Shown: piece after piece, positions 48,252-58,653 of the stretch
Layout of the letters: the number at the start of each line of letters is the position of its first letter
Position numbering within the stretch: position 1 is the stretch's first letter
Sequence record: MG748547
Source: Escherichia phage EP75
Strand: one strand, 5' to 3'
Length of the DNA: 64,000 nucleotides
Position numbers and translations under genes: made by a program
Notes under the pieces: model-generated
Databases searched by the model: none
Told to the model about the DNA's origin: nothing
Seen by the model: only the letters and a program-made list of their open reading frames with translations

Positions 48252-48950
48252 ATGGCCAGACCATTTGAAAAATATTTCTATCATGAATCATTGTTGAAAT
48301 ACATACATGTGTTCAACGCTATCATGTCAGATTTAAAAGTCAAAACCGAACGTGGCTTGATGGAAATCCCGCTGCATATGGCCATTGGCCGCCGTAATGA
48401 CCTCAACAGGAACGTGCCAGCCAATATGCTGCCATTTGCAACAATGTCCTTTGGTCAGTTCGAAATCAATAAACAGGTGACGAAGTCATACCACAACCAA
48501 ATATCGACCGCTACGGCACGGTCCAAACAACGCATTCCGATCATTATAGATTTTGAATACAATATCAGAACTAAAAAATTGGTCGAAATGTTGCAAGTAT
48601 TAGAACAAATTTATTCTGTGTTCACTCCTTCTATTGATTGTCAGATAAAAGACAACGATACGCTATCTCAAGATCAGAACGTGAAGATAATGTTGGTAAA
48701 TCACACGATTTCTGACAACTGGGAAGGAGACGCAACAGAATCACCACACATAGATTGTTCATTCAATTTTCAATTACATGGTCACATCTATGGAGAAGAT
48801 TATTGGGTTGATGATGGTTCGGGCGGTGGGGATCCAAACGTCATCAAAGAGATAATTATTGAAATGTCTAATGATTTGAACATGCCATGGTCGGAACTTC
48901 CTGAATGGTTCCGAGTTGATAAAGACGGCATACATCATCCGGAGGATTGA
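48252..48950 (+). CDS. tail completion / sheath stabiliser (T4 gp15-like)
   Basis: synteny gp14-gp15-terminase; weak motif similarity. Confidence 0.45.
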   Translation: MARPFEKYFYHESLLKYIHVFNAIMSDLKVKTERGLMEIPLHMAIGRRNDLNRNVPANMLPFATMSFGQFEINKQVTKSYHNQISTATARSKQRIPIIIDFEYNIRTKKLVEMLQVLEQIYSVFTPSIDCQIKDNDTLSQDQNVKIMLVNHTISDNWEGDATESPHIDCSFNFQLHGHIYGEDYWVDDGSGGGDPNVIKEIIIEMSNDLNMPWSELPEWFRVDKDGIHHPED

Positions 48951-49633
48951 TCATGAGCAATATGTCAGAAAGGTTACTCGCCACACTTGATGCGGTGACT
49001 GCCCGAGACGAAGTTGGGAAGGAGGCAATGGAGGCTGTCGCCCCTCGTCCAGGTATTGACTTCGATGAAAATACAGGTGAATGGTTTGGTGAACGTCCGG
49101 AAGGGTATCAGCCGATTCCTGAACCGCCTTCATTGGAGGATATTGCTTCCAAGGAATCCAAAGTACCTGAGTTTGCGGACACTGATGCTACAACGGATTA
49201 CAAACGGATACGCGACACAACATATGCCATGCAAGAAGCCACAATGTTCATGATGGGACAAGCCGCTAAATTGGCTGCATCCACAGAAGCTCCGCGAGCA
49301 TTTTCTGTTTTCCGTGAATTGGGTGAACTCATGCGCGGTCTGAATAAAGACCTGATGGAAAACCAGAAAACCATCAAGGCGGTGACAGGTGATAAAGAAC
49401 CACCTGTTGATGACACGACAGTGGATGTTACAACTTCACCAGACGGAACAACAACAGTATCGGTTGGGAAAAAGGCGCGATCTTCTCGCGATTTATTGAA
49501 GACGATTGAAGATGCCCGTCGTCGCGCTGAAGAAAGAGCACAAGCAAAGGCCGCACAACAACCAGAAGATGAAATCATTGATGGTGAAACAGTTGATGTG
49601 AAGGAAGAAGACGATGGCGTATCAGAAGCGTGA
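48947..49633 (+). CDS. terminase small subunit (gp16-like)
   Basis: immediately upstream of and overlapping terminase large subunit. Confidence 0.5.
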   Translation: MIMSNMSERLLATLDAVTARDEVGKEAMEAVAPRPGIDFDENTGEWFGERPEGYQPIPEPPSLEDIASKESKVPEFADTDATTDYKRIRDTTYAMQEATMFMMGQAAKLAASTEAPRAFSVFRELGELMRGLNKDLMENQKTIKAVTGDKEPPVDDTTVDVTTSPDGTTTVSVGKKARSSRDLLKTIEDARRRAEERAQAKAAQQPEDEIIDGETVDVKEEDDGVSEA

Positions 49634-51824
49634 TATAGAATATGCCCCAATTAAAACGGGGTTCAAAATAGACGATGTGAAATTGCGTATGGACCAAACG
49701 TTCATGCGCAAACCTTCTGTGCGTGCTCCCCGAGTCGAGTTAATGCTGACAGATGAACAAGAAGACGAATTCGTTGAATGTTCTATGGATGCACACTACT
49801 TCGCCGCCAACTATTACAAGATAACCACGATCGATAAAGGCTTTATCCTTTTCGATATGCATGATTATCAGAAGCAGTTGTTCCACGACTTTCAGGACTA
49901 TCGATTCAATGCGGTCGTCCAGGCTCGTCAGTCCGGAAAATGTGTAAAAGGCGACACGCTTGTCACAGTTTACGATACTCTCAGCCAAGAGGAGTTGCTC
50001 CTGACTATAGGGGAGCTTCACAGTCGCTTCGAGGACGTCAACCACGCTGTGCCGCTGAATACCATTGGCAACCATGACAAGTTCGTGGACAGCCGCTTCG
50101 GCAAACGTTACTTTGTACAATCCGATAGTGGCTGGGTTCCGGTTATCGCAGCGCATAAGACGAAGAAATATGCGGAATTCGTTATTGTCACCGTTACCGG
50201 AAGGCGAATTAACGTGGCCGATGAACATATGTTCTTCACTCCGGACATGAAGGAGATATTTGCCAAAGACCTGAATGCTGGGTCATACATCATGACGACA
50301 GAAGGTCCAGAAGAAATCCGTGAGATTTGGCAGACTGGTGAATATCACCATATGTACGATCTGCAGGTCAAATCTAGTGATCAACGTTATTACACGAATG
50401 GCTTTCTCAGTCATAACACGACCGTGGTGGCGGCGTTTCTTCTTTGGTACGCGATGTTCCATTCTGATAAGGAAATCGCAGTACTGGCAAACAAAGAGAA
50501 ACAAGCGATAGAAATTCTTGACCGTATCAGAAAGGCATACCAAGACCTTCCATTCTTCCTTCAGCAGGGTTGTGAGAAGTTTGGTTCTACCCTGATAGAG
50601 TTTGAGAATGGTTCTAAGATATACGCTTATGCCACGTCTTCGGACTCCATCCGTGGTCGTTCTGTATCGCTCTTGTACGTTGACGAAGTCGCGTTTATCG
50701 AAAACGACTTTGAATTTTGGGAATCAACTTTCCCAGCCATTGCATCTGCCGATACATCACGCTGTATTTTGACAAGTACTCCGAAAGGCCAGCGAGGGTT
50801 GTTCTATGATATTGTCACCAAAGCAGATCCGCGCCATCCACAATACAACGACTTCCACCTAACTGAAGTCCCATGGTATAAGGTTCCGGCATATACCAAA
50901 GATCCAGATTGGGAAACCAAACAACGTGCCCGTCTGGGGGATGCTCGTTTCGATCAAGAATTTGGCATTAAGTTCCGTGGTTCCGTGGGTTCATTGATTC
51001 CGGCCAAATGCTTAGATAAAATGACGTCCAAGTTGTATCGGGAACCTAATGAATTCACCAAGATTTATAAGGAATACGACCCACAACGTCTCTACTTTGG
51101 GATTGCGGACACTGGGAAGGGGGTGGAAGGAGATTATTCCGTCTTAACAATTCTGGATATAACTGAATATCCGCATGTTATAGCAGCCAAGTACAGGAAT
51201 AACACGATACCTCCTATGATGTATGCATACACGATAGCTGATATGTGCACCGAATACGGGGAATGCCCTGTCCTTGTTGAAACAAACAACGACGTCGGCG
51301 GTCAGGTTATTACAATTCTTTATCAAGAGATAGAATATCCAGAAATCATATTCACATCAACAGATAACAAAGGGACGGGGAAACGGATTGGTGGACGTAA
51401 ACCGGAACCTGGTATCAATACCAACAGAAAAGTCCGATCTATCGGTTGTGCTAACCTGAAAGCGCTCATTGAGAAAGAAATGTTGGTGATAGAAGACCAG
51501 GACACGATAGATGAACTCAGTACATTTGTGTTCAAAGGCGCTCGGTATGAAGCCGATGACGGTTGTCACGATGACTGTGTCATGCCGTTGGTCTTATATT
51601 CATGGGCGGTAAAACAAGAATGGTTCAGTGATTTGACATCTACAAGTATTTCTCAGGACATGAGAAACCGAATGTCTTCAACTGAATCTCAGCAGGTATT
51701 CCCATTTGGTGGTTTAGTCGTTGGAGACACCCCATCCGAAACTGAGCATTTGCCTGGTTTCGGGGGTATTCAAGTTTTCAACGAAATGTCAGGGATGACC
51801 ATGGATGAGTGGTTTAAGAATTGA
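49614..51824 (+). CDS. terminase large subunit (gp17-like), intein-containing precursor
   Basis: Walker A QARQSGK|TTVVAAFLLWY split by insertion; 736 aa precursor, about 574 aa after splicing. Confidence 0.9.
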   Translation: MAYQKRDIEYAPIKTGFKIDDVKLRMDQTFMRKPSVRAPRVELMLTDEQEDEFVECSMDAHYFAANYYKITTIDKGFILFDMHDYQKQLFHDFQDYRFNAVVQARQSGKCVKGDTLVTVYDTLSQEELLLTIGELHSRFEDVNHAVPLNTIGNHDKFVDSRFGKRYFVQSDSGWVPVIAAHKTKKYAEFVIVTVTGRRINVADEHMFFTPDMKEIFAKDLNAGSYIMTTEGPEEIREIWQTGEYHHMYDLQVKSSDQRYYTNGFLSHNTTVVAAFLLWYAMFHSDKEIAVLANKEKQAIEILDRIRKAYQDLPFFLQQGCEKFGSTLIEFENGSKIYAYATSSDSIRGRSVSLLYVDEVAFIENDFEFWESTFPAIASADTSRCILTSTPKGQRGLFYDIVTKADPRHPQYNDFHLTEVPWYKVPAYTKDPDWETKQRARLGDARFDQEFGIKFRGSVGSLIPAKCLDKMTSKLYREPNEFTKIYKEYDPQRLYFGIADTGKGVEGDYSVLTILDITEYPHVIAAKYRNNTIPPMMYAYTIADMCTEYGECPVLVETNNDVGGQVITILYQEIEYPEIIFTSTDNKGTGKRIGGRKPEPGINTNRKVRSIGCANLKALIEKEMLVIEDQDTIDELSTFVFKGARYEADDGCHDDCVMPLVLYSWAVKQEWFSDLTSTSISQDMRNRMSSTESQQVFPFGGLVVGDTPSETEHLPGFGGIQVFNEMSGMTMDEWFKN
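49941..50426 (+). other. mini-intein (162 aa, Hint domain only) inserted in terminase Walker A P-loop
   Basis: begins Cys (CVKGDTLVTV), block B GRRINVADEHMFFT, block F/G MYDLQV...NGFLSHN, +1 Thr restores GKT. Confidence 0.75.
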
Positions 51825-51826
51825 TC

Positions 51827-51833
51827 ACTAAAT
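51827..51833 (+). promoter_or_regulatory. late-promoter-like motif CTAAATA
   Basis: upstream of tail sheath gene. Confidence 0.4.
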
Positions 51834-51876
51834 ATCTTTCAAATTGAGCGAAACTCTACCGAGAAGGAATGATATT

Positions 51877-53772
51877 ATGGCAACTCAAAGCTTCAGCGTT
51901 GCGCCGTCCGTTCAGTGGACTGAGCGTGATGCCACGCTTCAGACGTCCCCGTCCGTTGTTGTTCAGGGCGCGACCGTCGGCAAATTTCAATGGGGTGAAG
52001 TTGAACTTCCAGTGCTGGTGACTGGTGGTGAGACAGGTTTGGTGAAGAAATTCTTCAAACCCAACGACAGTACTGCGACCGATTTTCTCGTAATCGCGGA
52101 CTTTTTGTCTTACAGCTCTATGGCATGGGTGACCCGTGTTGTTGGTCCTCTGGCCAAGAACTCTGTTACCAAAGGTCAGACAGCGATTGCGATCAAAAAC
52201 AAACTGGATTTTGAAACAGCAAGTCCTTCGGCGTCCATCACTTGGACTGGTCGTTATCCAGGTTCCCTGGGTAATGATATTGCTATCAATGTTTGTGATG
52301 CTGCTGGATTCTCAACTTGGGAATTCCGTAATAACTTTGCATACGCACCTCAGTCTGGTGAATTCCATGTAGTTGTCGTAGACAAAGTTGGTCGCATTAC
52401 CGACTCTGCTGGCGCGGTCGGTCAGGTTGACCGTATCTCCGTTTCTGGTACGGCTACTGCTGCTGGCACCATCAGTGTGGCAGGTGAAGATATCGCATAT
52501 CTGGATACTGATACTCCAGCCACTTTGGCAACCAAAATCGGTACAGCGCTAACTTCCCTGACAAGTGTTTATTCTTCTGTTGTCGTGAAGTCCAACACTG
52601 TCATCGTGACCCATAAAGCTATCGGTCCTCAGGCCGTTACAGCTATCGTTCCTGATGATAAAGGACTGACTGCAACAGCCGTAATCACTACTGTTGGCGC
52701 TTCTGGTTCCATCATTGAAAAATACGAACTGATGCAGAACACCCAGGGTTCTAAAAAATCCGATGGCGCGAATGCGTACTTCAAAGACGTGATCAACGAT
52801 ACTTCAAATTGGGTGTATACCTTCGCGGGCGAACTGGTTGCAGGTGTCGTTGAATTAGAAGGCGGCGTAGACGATTATAACATCAACCGCGTGGCAGCTA
52901 TCCAAGTCTTGAACAATGCTGAAGCATATGATGCGAAGCCAGTATTTGCGTACTGTGAAGAACTGATTGAGCAACAAGCATTGATCGACTTATCTACTGA
53001 GCGAAAAGATACCGTATCTTTCGTATCCCCGCTCCGTGATACGGTTGTTGGCAACCGTGGTCGTGAAATGGATGATGTCGTTGCTTGGCGTGAAAGCCTT
53101 GTTCGCGACTCTTCTTATTTCTTCATGGATGATAACTGGGCATACGTGTACGACAAGTACAACGACAAAATGCGTTGGATTCCGGCTTGTGGTGGCACCG
53201 CAGGTGTTTGGGCGCGAAGCATTGAAATCGCGGGTATCTACAAATCTCCTGCGTTCCACAACCGTGGCAAATACAACAACTACAATCGAATGGCGTGGTC
53301 TGCGTCTTCCGATGAACGTGCCGTGTTGTACCGCAACCAGATTAACAGCATTGTGACCTTCTCCAATGAAGGTATCGTGTTGTATGGTGACAAAACTGGC
53401 CTGACTCGTCCGTCTGCTTTCGATCGTATCAATGTTCGCGGTCTGTTTATTATGGCAGAACAGAACATCGCTGCAATCGCCAAATATTACCTTGGTGAGA
53501 ACAATGATGCGTTCACTCGCAGTCTGTTCAGCAACGCTGTTCGTCCTTATATTCGCCAGCTGGCAAATATGGGTGCGATTTACGATGGTAAAGTCAAGTG
53601 TGATGAAGATAACAACACTGCTGATGTTATCGCAGCAAATCAGCTTGTAGCGGGCATTTGGTTGAAGCCTGAGTACAGCATTAACTGGATTTATTTGGAT
53701 TTTGCTGCAGTTAGACCAGACATGGAGTTCTCGGAAATCGAATCGGGCGGTGGCATCGTTGCTGCATCCTAA
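51877..53772 (+). CDS. tail sheath protein (gp18-like)
   Basis: GKFQWGE near N-terminus and C-terminal YGDKTG...PSAFDRINVRGLF match T4 gp18 motifs; start trimmed to MATQSF. Confidence 0.85.
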   Translation: MATQSFSVAPSVQWTERDATLQTSPSVVVQGATVGKFQWGEVELPVLVTGGETGLVKKFFKPNDSTATDFLVIADFLSYSSMAWVTRVVGPLAKNSVTKGQTAIAIKNKLDFETASPSASITWTGRYPGSLGNDIAINVCDAAGFSTWEFRNNFAYAPQSGEFHVVVVDKVGRITDSAGAVGQVDRISVSGTATAAGTISVAGEDIAYLDTDTPATLATKIGTALTSLTSVYSSVVVKSNTVIVTHKAIGPQAVTAIVPDDKGLTATAVITTVGASGSIIEKYELMQNTQGSKKSDGANAYFKDVINDTSNWVYTFAGELVAGVVELEGGVDDYNINRVAAIQVLNNAEAYDAKPVFAYCEELIEQQALIDLSTERKDTVSFVSPLRDTVVGNRGREMDDVVAWRESLVRDSSYFFMDDNWAYVYDKYNDKMRWIPACGGTAGVWARSIEIAGIYKSPAFHNRGKYNNYNRMAWSASSDERAVLYRNQINSIVTFSNEGIVLYGDKTGLTRPSAFDRINVRGLFIMAEQNIAAIAKYYLGENNDAFTRSLFSNAVRPYIRQLANMGAIYDGKVKCDEDNNTADVIAANQLVAGIWLKPEYSINWIYLDFAAVRPDMEFSEIESGGGIVAAS

Positions 53773-53780
53773 GACAACAA

Positions 53781-53805
53781 CCCCGCTTCGGCGGGGTTTT
53801 TATTT
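53781..53805 (+). terminator. rho-independent terminator CCCCGC-TTCG-GCGGGG-TTTTTATTT
   Basis: identical to 40241..40265. Confidence 0.65.
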
Positions 53806-54588
53806 CCTGCTGATATGCCATCCTGTAGTGTTTGTTCTCTTCAGTGAAGATTTCCTGTAAGGTTTAGGGATGGGATTCTGCATCCTTCCAGCTAATGCCA
53901 TGTTGAAAGATTCTATACACAAACATTGTTCTTGACAAAATTTGTTTAGATTCTTGATTTCATATTTTTCACCATCTGGTGAAAGAAGTGTAAACCATCT
54001 TCCGAGAGATCGTTTTATTTTCTCTTGGTATTCAGGATTCATGCGCACTTTGTTCATAGCGGCACGGAGATTTTCTTTACATTTTGGATTTTCGTACGCT
54101 TTCTTCAAACATTGTGAATGTATATGGCGTTTGTTTTTGTCCCAAGCCTTGGTTTGAGATTCAGACATTTTCGTTTTTGTTTCTTCGGAAAGTTTAATGC
54201 CTGTCATTGAATGAACAAACAAAACATTCCAACCAGCATCTTTAACTGGTTTCATCCCGATGAATTCTCTGGTTTCTATATCATATGCTGCTGCCATACC
54301 CGATATGTCTATTTGACCACCATGACTGATGTTCAGTCCACCTTCAGAGATATGAGTCTTATGTAATTTTATGAGTTCAATTTCTTTAGAATTTAGTTCA
54401 TCGACTTGGCATTCCAGCAATATCTCTTGGTCAGTAATTCCATATTTTCGGATATAATTGTAGAGGATAGTTTTATTTCCTCTTCTGGCCTCACCCAGAT
54501 GCTCCTTTATTCGGTGTTCAACCCCATTTCTTGTTTGTCCAATATACTTCTTTCCACCAACGATTAACATGTAAATGTGACCGATCAT
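53800..54588 (-). mobile_element. GIY-YIG homing endonuclease (Seg/I-TevI-like) with NUMOD-like C-terminal repeats
   Basis: MIGHIYMLIVGGKKYIGQTRNGVEHRIKEH; start trimmed to MIGH with GGAGGTG RBS; opposite strand to flanking sheath/tube genes. Confidence 0.7.
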
Positions 54589-54655
54589 ACAACACCTCCA
54601 AGAACATGATACCCCGAAATTGTTCAACACTAAATAAAATAGAGGTGAATTTGAA

Positions 54656-55114
54656 ATGATATACGCATACAAAATTGAAACGATAACTAATGGAAAGGTC
54701 TACATCGGTGTGACCAATCACCCACAACGAAGATATGATCAGCATTTTGCGAATGCTTTTCATCATGGAGTCCAAAGTGAATTGTATGATGCCATGCGTA
54801 AGTATGGAACATCTGGATTTACTTTCGTTGTAATTGCTCAGACCGATGAAGTCCATAAATGGGAATTAGAGAAGCAACTCATCGCTCAATATAATTCTTA
54901 TGAGATGGGTTACAACATGAATAAAGGCGGTAATGATGGAAGTCATATGCTGGGTAAAACTGCAGCAAAATTGACATCTACAGGTGAACACATTGGTCTT
55001 GTTTCTCTCATAGATCCCCGTTGGGAATTGTGTGAAATCGAACCCGTTTTAAGCAATGTTGACCACGGATTTGATTTTTCTTCCATGAAGATTAAAAGAT
55101 TGACGACTAATTAG
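54656..55114 (+). mobile_element. GIY-YIG homing endonuclease-like protein
   Basis: MIYAYKIETITNGKVYIGVTNHPQRRYDQH. Confidence 0.6.
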
Positions 55115-55144
55115 AATTGTGTACTCTTATTTGGAGATATAAAA

Positions 55145-55678
55145 ATGGCGACAGTCAATGAGTTTCGCGCAGCCATGTCACGAGGGGGCGGCGTACAACG
55201 CCAACACCGCTGGCGTGTGACTGTAAACTTTCCTTCTTTTGTTGCTGGTTCCGACACAATTCGCGACGTGTCCTTGCTAGCTGTAACTACCAACACCCCG
55301 ACAGGTCAGCTGGGTGAAATTCTGGTGCCCTGGGGTGGTCGTGAACTTCCATTCCCAGGCGACCGTCGTTTCGAAGCACTGCCTGTAACATTCATTAACG
55401 TTGTGAACAACGCGCCGTACAACGCATTTGAAGTGTGGCAGCAATTCATCAATGGTAGTGAAAACAACCGCGCCAGCGCGAATCCAGATGATTATTTCCG
55501 TGATATCATCATGGATCTTCTGGATGCGAATGACAATGTCACCAAGACATGGACTTTGCAGGGCGGCTGGCCTCAAAACCTCGGCCAATTGGAACTCGAT
55601 ATGTCTGCTATGGACTCTTATACACAGTTCACCGTCGATCTGCGTTATTTCCAAGCCGTGTCAGACAAATCTTTATAA
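55145..55678 (+). CDS. tail tube protein (gp19-like)
   Basis: C-terminal QGGWPQNLGQLELDMSAMDSYTQFTVDLRY resembles T4 gp19 KGLWPTNVGELQLDWDS...FEVTLALDY. Confidence 0.8.
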   Translation: MATVNEFRAAMSRGGGVQRQHRWRVTVNFPSFVAGSDTIRDVSLLAVTTNTPTGQLGEILVPWGGRELPFPGDRRFEALPVTFINVVNNAPYNAFEVWQQFINGSENNRASANPDDYFRDIIMDLLDANDNVTKTWTLQGGWPQNLGQLELDMSAMDSYTQFTVDLRYFQAVSDKSL

Positions 55679-55745
55679 TGTCCTCAGTGCTGGGGGAATC
55701 ATATTCCCCCTCACTAATTACAAGAAAATGTTGAGGACTTAGATC

Positions 55746-57428
55746 ATGGCTGGATACGGCAGAGGGTTCTTCGGTTTGTTTGGCGGCGGCGGTTTGGTGA
55801 ACGCTAAAGTCGACACCGATAAGTTAGCCCAAAAACAAGATGAACGGTTGCTAACCAAAGCGACAGTTGTTGCTCTGGACGACGCTCAAGACGGTTCTAT
55901 AATCCTTCAGGGTGGTGCGAACACCTACAACTATGTTGGCGTTGAAAGTGAACTTCTCAGCGTTAAAACTGTTGTAGAAGAATATCAGTCCATGGCCCAG
56001 CAGCCTGAAATTCGCAAAGCGGTGGACATTATTGTCAACGATGTTGTCACATGTGAGGAAGATGAAACTCCAGTGACAGTAAATCTTGACAAAGTTGAAG
56101 GGATATCTGATACTGTTAAAGAATCTATCACCGAATGCTTCAAAGAAGTTATGCACTTGATGGACTTTGACAATACGGCATACCAGAAGATCCGGAAATG
56201 GTATGTTGACGGTAGACAAGCATATCATGTCATCGTTGACCCCACGAATAAAAAAGGCGGGATCAAGAAATTGGTCATGTTGGATTCCCGTTGTATTCGC
56301 CCTGTGTACATCGTAGAAAAGGTGATGCGAGAAGGTGGTATCGAAGCCATCGAATCTGTAACGCTGAAATATTATTACAACCCGAATTACAACCGGAACC
56401 AATTCACTGGTCAGTCAGGGACTTCTCAAAACTTCCAGCCTTCACAACAAGAACTCGTATTCGATGACGAAAGTATTGTTTACATCGATAGTGGTGAAGA
56501 GCCATTGGCCAACGGTATTGTTCCAGGGCTTTTAAACCCTGCTATCCGTCCGTTGAATAACCTGGTCACAACTGAAGATGCGACTGTAATTTATGCCATC
56601 ACTCGCGCCCCCGAAAAACGCGCATTCTATCTTGACGTCGGTACTCTTGGTAAGAAATCTGCTGAAGAATACATGACCATGATGATGGGCAAATTCAAAA
56701 ACCGTAACGCATATGACCGCACCACTGGTAAAATCACAGGCAACGCCCATCTTATGGGTATTGCAGAAGATTATTGGTTGCCGCGCCGCGAAGGTCAGAA
56801 TGCTACAGAGATCGCGACTGTTGGTGGTGGGAATCAATTGGGCGAAATGGATCACGTGAACTATTTCCGTGAAAAACTCTATGATGCTCTAATGATCCCT
56901 AAGAGCCGCCTCCAAGAGGAAGGATCTATTAACATTGGGGGTTCTAACCTTGCGGAGATTACACAGGAAGAGCTGCGTTTCAGCAAGTTCTGTGCTGGGT
57001 TGCGTCGCCGTTACTCCCATTTCTTTATGGAGTTTTTACGTCGTCAATTAATTTTGAAAGGCGTAACGGATGAAAAGGATTGGAATGAGAAGATCAAACC
57101 ATTTATCAAGTTTGAATTCACTTCCGACAGTTATATCCGTGAGCAACAAGAAAACGCAATCCTAAATGATCGCCTGGCTTCTCTGAACACTGTTGAGCCT
57201 TTTGTTGGTTCTATATTCTCCATCGATTATGTCATGCGGAATGTTCTGCGTATGTCAGACGAAGAAGTTAAAGAACAACAGGCTAAGATCGCGGAAGAGA
57301 AGAAGAAAGGTCTCTATCCGAAGGTTCAAGCAGATGAAACTGGCAATTATAGTGGTTCAGATGTTAGTCCGTTGAAGTTTAAACCTGAGACTATCCCATT
57401 CTCCGGTTCAACAGACGATAGTATTTAA
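55746..57428 (+). CDS. portal vertex protein (gp20-like)
   Basis: 560 aa, position between tube and prohead genes. Confidence 0.75.
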   Translation: MAGYGRGFFGLFGGGGLVNAKVDTDKLAQKQDERLLTKATVVALDDAQDGSIILQGGANTYNYVGVESELLSVKTVVEEYQSMAQQPEIRKAVDIIVNDVVTCEEDETPVTVNLDKVEGISDTVKESITECFKEVMHLMDFDNTAYQKIRKWYVDGRQAYHVIVDPTNKKGGIKKLVMLDSRCIRPVYIVEKVMREGGIEAIESVTLKYYYNPNYNRNQFTGQSGTSQNFQPSQQELVFDDESIVYIDSGEEPLANGIVPGLLNPAIRPLNNLVTTEDATVIYAITRAPEKRAFYLDVGTLGKKSAEEYMTMMMGKFKNRNAYDRTTGKITGNAHLMGIAEDYWLPRREGQNATEIATVGGGNQLGEMDHVNYFREKLYDALMIPKSRLQEEGSINIGGSNLAEITQEELRFSKFCAGLRRRYSHFFMEFLRRQLILKGVTDEKDWNEKIKPFIKFEFTSDSYIREQQENAILNDRLASLNTVEPFVGSIFSIDYVMRNVLRMSDEEVKEQQAKIAEEKKKGLYPKVQADETGNYSGSDVSPLKFKPETIPFSGSTDDSI

Positions 57429-57434
57429 AGTTCA

Positions 57435-57441
57435 ACTAAAT
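57435..57441 (+). promoter_or_regulatory. late-promoter-like motif CTAAATA
   Basis: upstream of small prohead gene. Confidence 0.4.
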
Positions 57442-57469
57442 ATAGAAAATTAATTCGGAGATCAAAATC

Positions 57470-57640
57470 ATGAGCGCAATTGATATCGTTCGTGCAGTAA
57501 TTGATGGCGACACAGATACTGCTGTTGCAGAATGCAACATGGAACTTGATGCACGTAGTCAAGAACTATTGAACCAAGGTACAGCATATGTTTTGGATTC
57601 TATCGCGGCTGATATGAATTCAAATAACGACGGTCAGTAA
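57470..57640 (+). CDS. small acidic prohead core protein candidate (56 aa), below ORF-track cutoff
   Basis: ORF MSAIDIVRAVIDGDTDTAVAECNMELD... with GGAG RBS in the gp67/68-equivalent position. Confidence 0.3.
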   Translation: MSAIDIVRAVIDGDTDTAVAECNMELDARSQELLNQGTAYVLDSIAADMNSNNDGQ

Positions 57641-57648
57641 GGAGACGC

Positions 57649-57966
57649 ATGATGGAAATCACAGAGATCGCCACGTTCGCTGATTTCCTGGCCTCTCGTA
57701 TGGACGAGCAGCGAGTCATCGATAAAGTGAACGCTCGTGGTAAACGCCGCCGCCGACTGAAATGTGCCCCTGGGTTCAAATTGTCGGCTGATGGTTCACG
57801 TTGTGAAGTTATGGACGCCAGCGAACGTCGTGTTCGCAAGATCGGCAACCGCAAAGCCCTCCGCTCTAAAAAGCGTATGGGAATGGGCTATCAACGTAAA
57901 ATCGAGCGCCGCAAGAAAAAGGCTATGAAGTTCCGCAAAATGATGGGACTGAGTAAGAACAAGTAA
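57649..57966 (+). CDS. basic prohead core / internal protein candidate
   Basis: 105 aa, K/R-rich, AAGGAG RBS, between portal and protease. Confidence 0.4.
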   Translation: MMEITEIATFADFLASRMDEQRVIDKVNARGKRRRRLKCAPGFKLSADGSRCEVMDASERRVRKIGNRKALRSKKRMGMGYQRKIERRKKKAMKFRKMMGLSKNK

Positions 57967-57973
57967 GGAGTTT

Positions 57974-58642
57974 ATGATGAAACTGTTGCGTGAGATCACA
58001 GCGATAGGGAAGGATCTTCAAATCGGTGAGGCCACAACCTCAACTGGTGGGAAGGCCATGTTCATCGAAGGTCCGTTTGTGATGTGTAACCAAGTCAACC
58101 GTAACGGGCGTAACTATGATCTGCAGAAAGTGGGTATTCCTGCTGTCGAAGCATACGACAAAGAGTATATCCAAGATCGTCGCGCAATCGGTGAAGTCAC
58201 ACATCCTGACTATCCTTTCCCTAATTTAGTGGAAGCTGCACTCAAAACCGAATCCCTTCGTTGGGAAGGCACTAATGCCATCGGACGGGCGCGAATTTTA
58301 AACACACCGAAAGGCCAAATCATTCGTGCACTGGCCGAAGCAGACTTCAATCTGGCCGTGTCTACTCGTGGCCTGGGTGAGACTAAGTCGGTAAACGGTT
58401 ATGATGACGTTCAGCCTGGCTTTATGCTTACCGCCGTTGATGCAGTTGACCGTCCTTCTGGACAAGTTTGTTATGTTAAGGCTGTGAGTGAATCTGTTGA
58501 ATGGCAGCTGGACGAGGCTTCTGGTATTTGGATGCCTCGTGATGTTAAAGGGAAAGTTGTAGACCAGTTGGTGAAAGCCAATATCCAGGTTGAAGACGAT
58601 TTCCTGCGCCGCCTTGATGCAGCATTGAATCATCTGGGCTGA
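57974..58642 (+). CDS. prohead core protease (gp21-like)
   Basis: NRNGRNYDL and VSTRGLGETKS resemble T4 gp21 SRNGRIYP / MSSRGSGS. Confidence 0.7.
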   Translation: MMKLLREITAIGKDLQIGEATTSTGGKAMFIEGPFVMCNQVNRNGRNYDLQKVGIPAVEAYDKEYIQDRRAIGEVTHPDYPFPNLVEAALKTESLRWEGTNAIGRARILNTPKGQIIRALAEADFNLAVSTRGLGETKSVNGYDDVQPGFMLTAVDAVDRPSGQVCYVKAVSESVEWQLDEASGIWMPRDVKGKVVDQLVKANIQVEDDFLRRLDAALNHLG

Positions 58643-58653
58643 AATTCAGCTCA

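Noticed and set aside
55851-56402. 183-aa minus-strand ORF
   Set aside because: Antisense to the portal gene.
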